Shown: positions 56,204 through 64,000 of the stretch, in pieces
Position numbering within the stretch: the stretch's first letter is position 1
Layout of the letters: each line of letters begins with the position of its first letter
Virus record (IMG/VR): IMGVR_UViG_3300030099_007414
Span: 32,001-96,000 of that record
DNA: 64,000 nt
Direction: 5' to 3' (one strand)
DNA from: a virus
Made by a program: the position numbers and the translations under genes
The notes under the pieces: model-generated
What the model saw: only the letters and a program-made list of their open reading frames with translations
The model's database searches: none
What the model was told of the DNA's origin: nothing

Positions 56204-59200
56204 TTAAATTCTCTCCAAAGTGTTTACAATAAATTTTTTAGTATCGTTTAGCACTTTTCCGTTCCAATTGTCAACAGTAGTTGGCAAGAGGGGATTTGAG
56301 GCTCCATTTTCCAAGAAAGTACCAAACTCCTCATTGCAATAAATAGTTGCCAAAGATATTAAATTTTCAATATTCATCCCTCGGTAATAAAAATTTGAAA
56401 AATCGTTTATTTGAGATAAGCCTTTTTTCATAGAAATTTCATCGTAATCATCTAATATTCTACTAGATATGGGCTGGTCGGGTATTTCTTTTTCATACAC
56501 CACGAGAGGCGATAGGAAATACCTCTCCTTCTCTTCAGCCTCGGAGTCCGAAATGAGAGTAAAAGCCTTCGCTTGATTTCTTAAATCTAGGCTGATATCC
56601 ATTTCCAAGACACCGGCTTTAGAAAAATCATACAATGAGGAGATTCTCAAGCCGAAAGACCAGCTTTCCCAATTTTCGCTTATATTGCCACTTAGGGGAT
56701 CTGCTACGAGATATTCTTGAAACTTTTTTAAGTTTTGCACTCCGGAAGGCAGACCCGGTTTTGCACCATTTAATATGATATATTTTTCGAGCCTCAAGCC
56801 ACCTGTCAGTACTCCAACCTTATCAGGATCTGATATGACATTAACAGTAGAGCCTAAAATAGATTCATTAAAAATATAATTATAAATCGTATTTGTTTTA
56901 TTTATAGAAGGAAAGGTGTTGTTTTCAATATCGGCCATGGCCTCCTGGAATTCGGTTATATATTTTTTTGAATTTTCTTTAACGAAGAAGCGAGCGAGTG
57001 CTTCTATATCTTGAGTATTTTTTTCCAGATTTTCCATACGGCTTTCTCTGTCGCCTTGTAGCCAGTTTTTTATATTATTGTTAAGATTACTGACGTTGGA
57101 TTCTAGATGTGAATCCAGTGGGGAGATTAACCCTTCGTTAGAGGCAACAATAGCTACTTGAACTATTTTTTCCAAAACTTTTGCCTGCCCCCTGTTGGTA
57201 GAGAAATCATCTACAGTGGCGACAAATTTTTCATATATGTAATCTCCCAAATAATCAAATTGGTGAAGCATATTTGCCCCAAATGCCTCGTAAATGGGGA
57301 GATTTTTTATTAACACCTCAGAAGTTACGGTATTTATGAGCATCCTAAAGGAGGCATATGAAAGAGCTATATCTTCTTTGGACTTTAGTCTGTTAAAAGG
57401 AACGTACTTGTTTGTTTTTTCAACGTCGTCCATCAGTCCATAAAGATCTTTTGTTTCCTTGATTATCGCATCTTTGCCAAAAAGTAAAGGAATAAATTCT
57501 TCTTCGCGGTTCCTTATCCTGTTATAAACTTTCGTTCTCCAAGATCCTCCGTAAGTTCTTTTCTCCAGTTTGGTCAACATATCAGAAAAATAACTTTCTA
57601 CAATAGATGTTAATACTCCATTATTTATAAAGTTTTCTGAAATCTTATTGTTTAAATTATTTCTTAGGATAGATTGATTTTTTAACAGGAGGGTTTGTAT
57701 TTTGTCTGCACCAGTCTCATACGCGGCGGATTCCGGGCTTTTATCCCTATATGAAGTGGTTTTCGCCCCTTCGAAAGTAAGGGTGATGTTTGATGACGTT
57801 TTACTGGGAGAATAAGTAGCGTCGATGATTCTAGAATTTTGCATACTTTGTGGGGATTCCGGTTTTGTCTCTTTTCCAAAAAATGATGATATGAGCCTTC
57901 GGTTCTCTCCGATGCCATCGGTATTTACCATAATTAAGTCGAGTAATCCTCGCGAATTATAGAGGTCATTTTTATAATTTTTACACGCAGTATCAATTTT
58001 GTTTTCTATTACGGGCTGGAACAAATTTCCAATATGTTTTGAAATTTTGCTAAATAAAGGGCCTTGTTTTGACTTTAAAATTTCTCCCAGCTGGCCTACA
58101 ATCACGCCGTTTGGATTTCCTAAAGTCTCTGCGGCGAAACATATTTTATCCTTTTGGATATTTTTTAGTACCTCTTTCATCTCTGATATTTGATCTTGGG
58201 TTATGCTAGGCTTGTTGTTTAAGTAAGCCTGCTCTAAACTATCAAAGTCGTTACCACAATAGTCCACTTCGACTAATTGCTCCGGACTCAAGCTTTGATA
58301 AAATTGCTCCTCCACTTTATCAGCATCTAGTAAATTGCCGATTTCTAAAAAAATTTGATCGACATCGCTATAATTGAGCATGTATTGGGAAACTTTTAAG
58401 TCCTTTATTAATCCCAAAACCTTTTCATATGTAACGCTTTCTCCGTCTCCATTATACAGCCTCACCTTGTCATAGTGGCCTAAGCCGACAGAACACGATT
58501 TTAAAAATCTATCGACATCTTCTAGGCTCAATGGTTCCACAGCATATGTGCTGGGGTATTTTTGTTGAAAAATTTGTCTCACTGATGAATTTACTTGTCT
58601 AAAATTTGAACTTGTATCTTTACAATACTCGGCAATTTGCTTTTGTAAAGACTCATCATCTTGAAACAAGTCCGGGACATACTGATTTTTTTTAAAATAC
58701 TCTTCGTCAAATGACATCCCTGCGGCGATTATTTGGAAAATCTGCCTCATAGATTCGATAATGACCCTGACGGTCAGATTGATGAGTATGTTTTTCAATT
58801 CTTCCACTAAAACATTGCCGATGTCGGAAGGCTTCGGAATAAAACCGCCCTCCCTTTTAGGTACTTCCGGAAATTTAGGAAGATTAACGCGGCCTTGGCA
58901 CCAATTCAAATCCATGGATACCGTGGCATTTGGCATTGGTACTTTACACTTATTTAAGATACCCTTGGTCATATCTGTAAAGAATCTTAGCCAGCCCATC
59001 TCATCCGGAAAAGAGTTTACCAAAACGTCCAGTAATTCCTCTCCTCGAATAGAGGCGGCGATGGAATCTCTGAAGGCCGAGAAGCGCAAATCTATGTCTG
59101 TGTCTTGTTGAGAGGTTTTTAATTTTAAAGAATATGTTGCAATTATTGTATCGTCGGTATCGTTAGTGTAGTCGGGCGGCATATATCCACCCGCAGTCCA

Positions 59201-60595
59201 TGGAGGAATTGTGTCTCCCACAAATTTTCTATACCTTTCGAGTATTTCTGAATTTTTTCCAAATTTTCCAACCTCTCCCCATAATTGAGAAACATTTTTG
59301 TTGTCTAGATTGCGAACAGCGCACTTTGCCAACTCTTCCACATATTCTTCCTCATTGATATACGCAAAAACCGTGTTGGTTACCAAAGAAGTAAGGTCTC
59401 CTATCCCACACAAACCCAACCTATTTAGGAGATTTTTTCCCAAAGAATTGAGTGCTTCTTCGCCTTGATCCATGGCTACTTTTTGCAAAACTTCTGGCAG
59501 ATTTTCAAAGAAAGTATCGCTAACGGACAGGGACATTCTTCTAGCAAAATTGGCCTTTTTCTTAGTCTCTCTTTCTAGCTGCCTATTGATCCGCTCTCTC
59601 TGTTCTGGTGTCATACATGGGGTTCGATATACGCTGTCTAAGATTTCTTTTTGTAATAATTTGACAGATCTCTTACTTATCTCTTTTGATGAAGCAAATT
59701 GCTTTGAGATGTCCTCGTTTGGAGATGCAGATGTGCTCCCCTTTTTAGCTGACCTAGATATTAAATCAGTAGTTTTATCTCTTTTTTTAGAAGAATTTAA
59801 AAAATATTGAGTAGCTATTGTCTCATAATTATTGGAACTATTTTTTATTCTTTTTTCTAATTCAACCAAATCAAATAGAAAAATTAATGTCTGGGGGCTG
59901 TTTTGGGGATACCCATTTTTAAATTCTTCAAATAAGTACTTCACATTTACTGAATCGATTCCCTGTATCAAGCATATTTTTGACACGAATGTGTCTTCAT
60001 TTCTTGAGATTTGTATTTTTTTAAAGTCAAATAGATTTAGAGAGTTTGACTCAATTAAGCTTTTTATGTTGGATCCGAGCGTATATAAATTTTCAGATTC
60101 TAAAAGAAAATCCACTCCATTAAAAACATTTGTAGAATGAGAAAAAACATTAGAAATATATTGAGATTGATATTCTTGAAATTTTTTAGCAATATTTTCT
60201 AATTTTTGAAAAAAGGTTCCCAAGTCATATACAACCGTTGTTAAGCCTACGATACTAACATCGTCCTTTTCTTCTATATCGGTGAAAGCTTTTTTTGAGA
60301 TTGACAACAACATCTTTTCTTTGATCAACGGCGAAGGATCTATATATTTGCCCGATAATTCTACCAAAGATTCCAATTCTGCTGCTCTATCCTCTCTTTT
60401 GTTAAGGTTCCGGAGAATATTAATTACAAAAGATTCATAATATCTTCTAGATTCTTCTTTTGCTTTAGCATCGCTAATTACCTCTTTGTCTGTCAGTATC
60501 GTTGTAGTAAACTTATCAGTCTTAGAGTTATAATAGACTTTGCCGGGTTTGGCGTTTGTCCAATCTTGTGGAGATTCAGGAAATATAGGAGTCAT
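56204..60595 (-). CDS. Hypothetical 1463 aa helical protein (baseplate module)
   Basis: Long ORF between the spike and gp25 genes; no recognised motif. Confidence 0.6.
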   Translation of the reverse strand: MTPIFPESPQDWTNAKPGKVYYNSKTDKFTTTILTDKEVISDAKAKEESRRYYESFVINILRNLNKREDRAAELESLVELSGKYIDPSPLIKEKMLLSISKKAFTDIEEKDDVSIVGLTTVVYDLGTFFQKLENIAKKFQEYQSQYISNVFSHSTNVFNGVDFLLESENLYTLGSNIKSLIESNSLNLFDFKKIQISRNEDTFVSKICLIQGIDSVNVKYLFEEFKNGYPQNSPQTLIFLFDLVELEKRIKNSSNNYETIATQYFLNSSKKRDKTTDLISRSAKKGSTSASPNEDISKQFASSKEISKRSVKLLQKEILDSVYRTPCMTPEQRERINRQLERETKKKANFARRMSLSVSDTFFENLPEVLQKVAMDQGEEALNSLGKNLLNRLGLCGIGDLTSLVTNTVFAYINEEEYVEELAKCAVRNLDNKNVSQLWGEVGKFGKNSEILERYRKFVGDTIPPWTAGGYMPPDYTNDTDDTIIATYSLKLKTSQQDTDIDLRFSAFRDSIAASIRGEELLDVLVNSFPDEMGWLRFFTDMTKGILNKCKVPMPNATVSMDLNWCQGRVNLPKFPEVPKREGGFIPKPSDIGNVLVEELKNILINLTVRVIIESMRQIFQIIAAGMSFDEEYFKKNQYVPDLFQDDESLQKQIAEYCKDTSSNFRQVNSSVRQIFQQKYPSTYAVEPLSLEDVDRFLKSCSVGLGHYDKVRLYNGDGESVTYEKVLGLIKDLKVSQYMLNYSDVDQIFLEIGNLLDADKVEEQFYQSLSPEQLVEVDYCGNDFDSLEQAYLNNKPSITQDQISEMKEVLKNIQKDKICFAAETLGNPNGVIVGQLGEILKSKQGPLFSKISKHIGNLFQPVIENKIDTACKNYKNDLYNSRGLLDLIMVNTDGIGENRRLISSFFGKETKPESPQSMQNSRIIDATYSPSKTSSNITLTFEGAKTTSYRDKSPESAAYETGADKIQTLLLKNQSILRNNLNNKISENFINNGVLTSIVESYFSDMLTKLEKRTYGGSWRTKVYNRIRNREEEFIPLLFGKDAIIKETKDLYGLMDDVEKTNKYVPFNRLKSKEDIALSYASFRMLINTVTSEVLIKNLPIYEAFGANMLHQFDYLGDYIYEKFVATVDDFSTNRGQAKVLEKIVQVAIVASNEGLISPLDSHLESNVSNLNNNIKNWLQGDRESRMENLEKNTQDIEALARFFVKENSKKYITEFQEAMADIENNTFPSINKTNTIYNYIFNESILGSTVNVISDPDKVGVLTGGLRLEKYIILNGAKPGLPSGVQNLKKFQEYLVADPLSGNISENWESWSFGLRISSLYDFSKAGVLEMDISLDLRNQAKAFTLISDSEAEEKERYFLSPLVVYEKEIPDQPISSRILDDYDEISMKKGLSQINDFSNFYYRGMNIENLISLATIYCNEEFGTFLENGASNPLLPTTVDNWNGKVLNDTKKFIVNTLERI

Positions 60596-61545
60596 TAGTT
60601 TGTCCTGTTTAGGTCGCTGTTGATATAATCTTTTCCTAACGCAGATAAATAGTTAACCTCATCAAATAATAAATTAATCTTATTTGTGGTCGCGTTCATA
60701 ATGCCTTTTATAATGTTGTCTGAAAAGTTGAGAGATAGCGTAGTTAACAACAGAGGAGATTGAACGGCGGCGGGAGTTTGGGTAATCGGGTCAATCGCAA
60801 GAGGGTGCGTGTGGGCTTGTAGTTGTAACAGTGTGCTGTTTTGAACTTGTGCTAGGTCCATAATAATATCAGATAAAACATTTATTCTTTTCATCATTGA
60901 TTTCATGGCCTTTTCCATATTATCTCCGAGCACCATGGGTTGCAGATTTTTTACATTTGTTCCAGCTATTAATTCAATTCCAGATCCACTTCTTATTTTT
61001 CCACCCTTGGAATTTCTCTCTCCATATTGACCTGTTGTTAGTTTTATACCAGATTTGCCCTTAAAAGCGATTACGTCTGCTTGAGCACCGATACCAGAAC
61101 GGGCTTTTTGTCTCATATTATCACCCTCTGGCATGGAGAAATTGTCTTCAAGATCCGTAGTTTCGCTTATATAAATTCGTGCTGCATCATACATGAAATT
61201 GTCATTAACATATAGTGAAGAATTTTTAGATACAGAGGGGAGGCTTGTCAGTCTTCCACATACGATATCTATAGAAGATGCCGGGGTTCCAAAAGCAGAA
61301 TATCCTGTTCCGGGTCCGCCGGGAGCGTCTTTACCAAGATTAATGAAGCTATTATTTTTATTAAGTACTTTGCTTGACTCGATTGGATTGAAAGTTGGCA
61401 ACTCTCTATATGCATACTTTCCATCTATTCCAAGTTTTTTAGAAACACCTCTGGGTATTGCATTTTTTTGAGTCTTACTGGAAAATGCTTCGGCTGATAC
61501 ATTGGTATATACAGAATTTTCTTTTGGTAATATTTTTTGTGCCAT
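60595..61545 (-). CDS. Central spike-like protein (gp5 C-terminal/gpV-like)
   Basis: Short beta-strand repeats, LQPMVLGDN, a coiled coil and AHTHP (HxH tip motif). Start moved to MAQK (61545), SD GAGG. Confidence 0.6.
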   Translation of the reverse strand: MAQKILPKENSVYTNVSAEAFSSKTQKNAIPRGVSKKLGIDGKYAYRELPTFNPIESSKVLNKNNSFINLGKDAPGGPGTGYSAFGTPASSIDIVCGRLTSLPSVSKNSSLYVNDNFMYDAARIYISETTDLEDNFSMPEGDNMRQKARSGIGAQADVIAFKGKSGIKLTTGQYGERNSKGGKIRSGSGIELIAGTNVKNLQPMVLGDNMEKAMKSMMKRINVLSDIIMDLAQVQNSTLLQLQAHTHPLAIDPITQTPAAVQSPLLLTTLSLNFSDNIIKGIMNATTNKINLLFDEVNYLSALGKDYINSDLNRTN

Positions 61546-61546
61546 A

Positions 61547-63133
61547 TTAATCGTCCTCTGTACTACTTTCTTCCGGAAGTGGCTCTGGATCTTCTGGAAG
61601 GGATTCTGGTGGCAGTGCGGGTGCAGGGGTGTTCTCCGTGGGCGTTGTGTTAGATCCGGTGGCAGTCGTTGATTCGGGTGTAGCAGGTGTTGCGGTTGAT
61701 TCTTTGGGTACTTGCTGCATGATGCCCGGTAACGCATCTTTAGAGAAGTTCAGCTGATTAGGATAATTGAAAAACAATGGATTTACTGCCCCTTTTGCTC
61801 CTATGGCACTTTCTCCAGCAAACTCCATCTTTTTTTCTCCAGTGCCCTGATTGATCCCCAAGGAGTAAGTATCATACTTTTTTATCCCGCCAACCATCTT
61901 AGAAACTAACACTTCAAAATGAAGATGGATGCCGTTTGAACCTTTTCCTGCGCCCGGATCAAATTTTCGACCTCCCATATAACCGAGAACATCTCCGGCC
62001 TTGACAACATCGCCTTTAGATAGTCTTCCCCCACCGGCTTTTTCTCCTATAAGAAATAAATGCATAGATCTGGTTTTTACTTCATAAATTCCCTCTGTAT
62101 CGTTGGGTATATCATGCTTTACCACTATATAGCCTATTTTATCTGCTCTTGTGGGCTGTTGGGGGCTGGGAGGATTTAGTTTTCCGTCGAACCCAACCAA
62201 TTCAACTACACCGGATGTGATAGCTACTATGGGGTAGCCTGGGCCTCTATTTTTCTTCGCGATATTTAAATCTACACCTTTATGCCACCTCATTTCCGCA
62301 TCTAGACCTTTGCGCTTTCGGGGTCCAAATCTTGAAGATGTTTTTATTGATTCTCCAGAGAGGCATGCAATAGGGGTAAAAAGAGGTGTCCATGGGAGGG
62401 CCTTTATTTGCTCTACAATTGATTTTTCTTCTGGTTTGCCTTCCCACTCTTTGGGGGGCGGCAATTTGCTTGGGCCAGTCTCTTTCGGAGATCCCGGCTT
62501 GCTTATAATCGAATTATCGTTACCGGGCCACGGATCTGGTCCGGTGACCCACGTTGACTGTGATGAGAAAAATTGTGGAAACCCCTCGATGCCTGTTTTC
62601 TTTTTTCTTATAAATTTTGCAGTATCTTGAGTTTGGTCTTCATAGAGGATATCAACGAAGTCTCCCGGTATTGACTGTTCGCCTTCTTCTGCTACCGACC
62701 TAATTGTTGATGTATGCAATTCAGTAGATATAAATCTTTTATACATGCCAAGTGTAGAATCATCGTATTTCCACGGGGCCTTTAAAAAATAGTTTTTGGA
62801 CTCTGCATTTCTCGTATACACCTTGTTTAGATTATTTACATCGCCGGGGTTGTCCTTCTCTTTGTTCGAATTAAATTTAATTTTTTCATAATCAGTTGCT
62901 TGGGATTGTACTGCAACAACCATAGATGTCCGATTCTGCACACCCTCTAATATATTTTGATCTCTACGGATTATATTTGAGAGTGCCTGACTAGAGAACT
63001 CTGTACCTGCAGCCTCGTTCAAAATACTGTTCGTATATCTAGTATCCTTTTTTTGCCAAGGATTTTGGTTTCCCGGAATTTCTAAGTTTTCTAATTCTAA
63101 AACAATTTGCTCTCTAGTCTTATCTTCAGCCAT
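61547..63133 (-). CDS. M23 family Zn-endopeptidase, probably a baseplate-associated peptidoglycan hydrolase
   Basis: SSRFGPR, HKGVD (HxxxD), SMHL, V.AGDVLGYMG and HLHFEV (HxH); Pro/Thr/Glu tail. Start moved to MAED (63133), SD GGGAG. Confidence 0.8.
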   Translation of the reverse strand: MAEDKTREQIVLELENLEIPGNQNPWQKKDTRYTNSILNEAAGTEFSSQALSNIIRRDQNILEGVQNRTSMVVAVQSQATDYEKIKFNSNKEKDNPGDVNNLNKVYTRNAESKNYFLKAPWKYDDSTLGMYKRFISTELHTSTIRSVAEEGEQSIPGDFVDILYEDQTQDTAKFIRKKKTGIEGFPQFFSSQSTWVTGPDPWPGNDNSIISKPGSPKETGPSKLPPPKEWEGKPEEKSIVEQIKALPWTPLFTPIACLSGESIKTSSRFGPRKRKGLDAEMRWHKGVDLNIAKKNRGPGYPIVAITSGVVELVGFDGKLNPPSPQQPTRADKIGYIVVKHDIPNDTEGIYEVKTRSMHLFLIGEKAGGGRLSKGDVVKAGDVLGYMGGRKFDPGAGKGSNGIHLHFEVLVSKMVGGIKKYDTYSLGINQGTGEKKMEFAGESAIGAKGAVNPLFFNYPNQLNFSKDALPGIMQQVPKESTATPATPESTTATGSNTTPTENTPAPALPPESLPEDPEPLPEESSTEDD

Positions 63134-63419
63134 CGGTATCTCCCTGCAAAAGATCGAAGATGTCTCTTTTATCATCGGCAGTTAATCCAGTCTCTTTCTT
63201 CTCTGCCCTTTTTAGCAAAGTTGAAATCTTGACTAACTGCTCGTTTGATCTTTGCAGGGTTTCTACGTACTTGGCAGCAGTGATTCCGACTTCTCTGTGT
63301 CTTTCTTCACTTTTGCTCAAATAAATCATGACATCATCCAACAAACGCTTAGTAACATCTCTGTCTAAGCGAATATTGTTAATGGCTTCTTCTAATATTT
63401 CATCTACTTTCTTTTTCAT
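63126..63419 (-). CDS. Hypothetical coiled-coil protein
   Basis: 97 aa helical ORF coupled between the sigma factor and M23 genes. Confidence 0.65.
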   Translation of the reverse strand: MKKKVDEILEEAINNIRLDRDVTKRLLDDVMIYLSKSEERHREVGITAAKYVETLQRSNEQLVKISTLLKRAEKKETGLTADDKRDIFDLLQGDTDG

Positions 63420-63422
63420 TTA

Positions 63423-64000
63423 TCATAGATCCCCTCGATCCCATTTTGTTTTAAAGATACGATATTTCTTTCTCATCTTATTTAGAGAGTTCACGATTTG
63501 TTTTGTGTTCAATCCAGTAATTTCTCTCATATACAGATAAATAGCTTTCTTATTAAAAATTTCTATATCGTCTGGAGATTCTAGTAAAATTTTTATTGCT
63601 TCGAGAACCTTCTTTTCGTTCTCTTTGAGTTTATCCGAGTCCCATTGGCCTATTTCGGTCCATAAATGATTCCAGAACTCTTCTTTTTCACGCTCTTCAT
63701 CATACTCATTATGAACAGCGATATGTTTTAGCTCTTGCTCTTTGGGTAGCTCGTCTATTTCAATTTCTCTAAGATTTTTCTTTTTATTTTTCTTAACTTT
63801 TTGAATGAACCAGTTTTTTGTGATTACTGAAAAATATGAGAAAGCCTTTGATCCCTTGTCTGGGTTAAATTTTCCTAAGACTGTCATGAGCCAGATTTTG
63901 CACTCTTCTCGCAAAATATCAATATTTGGCAAAGTGGTGAATTTGTAAGTAAATACAATTTTGTCAACCATCTGATCAAATGCGGGCTGTAATAATTTCA
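63423..64000 (-). CDS. Phage RNA polymerase sigma factor (gp55-like late sigma), 5'-truncated
   Basis: Region 2-like KFNPDKGSKAFSYFSVITKNWF and C-terminal HTH-like LYMREITGLNTKQIVNSL. The frame stays open to the window edge (KLLQPAFDQM...). Confidence 0.7.
   Translation of the reverse strand, partial: KLLQPAFDQMVDKIVFTYKFTTLPNIDILREECKIWLMTVLGKFNPDKGSKAFSYFSVITKNWFIQKVKKNKKKNLREIEIDELPKEQELKHIAVHNEYDEEREKEEFWNHLWTEIGQWDSDKLKENEKKVLEAIKILLESPDDIEIFNKKAIYLYMREITGLNTKQIVNSLNKMRKKYRIFKTKWDRGDL

Noticed and set aside
61546-61737. N-terminal 64 aa extension of ORF 60595-61737 as a real overlapping gene
   Set aside because: It is an alternate frame of the M23 Pro/Thr tail; a better start with an SD lies at 61545.
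1-64000. Plus-strand ORFs in the track (e.g. 4086-4556, 15733-16200, 16513-17013, 18675-19055)
   Set aside because: They lie antisense to well-supported minus-strand genes and show no motifs, so they are shadow frames.
1-64000. Stop-codon reassignment, as seen in some large phages
   Set aside because: Genes are full length in the standard code, and TAA, TAG and TGA all end genes at tight junctions.

Overview
The window is a 64 kb piece of a large T4-like myophage genome, probably a jumbo phage. About 40 genes lie almost without gaps on the minus strand. In transcription order (64000 to 1) it holds: a truncated gp55-like sigma factor; a baseplate module (M23 peptidase, HxH-tipped spike, gp25, gp6, a 3003 aa gp7-like protein and other large structural proteins); a RuvC, primase and fused SbcD-SbcC replication island with a consensus sigma70 promoter; a holin/spanin-like trio; and a head module (terminase, portal, prohead protease, scaffold, gp23 major capsid, gp13/15/14-like neck genes) that contains ribosomal protein bS21. 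Next comes the most striking element: a complete YeaH (VWA)-SpoVR-YeaG/PrkA (AAA+) three-gene module, in permuted order, translationally coupled to the last neck gene and closed by tandem terminators. The window ends with a 2232 aa multi-LamG adhesin. Features outside the ORF track include a candidate late-promoter motif (ACTAHTTA), a leaderless primase transcript, a 17 aa cationic Cys micropeptide, an overlapping uORF, and DNA repeats at LamG domain boundaries. All family assignments come from motif recognition by eye; no database search was run.
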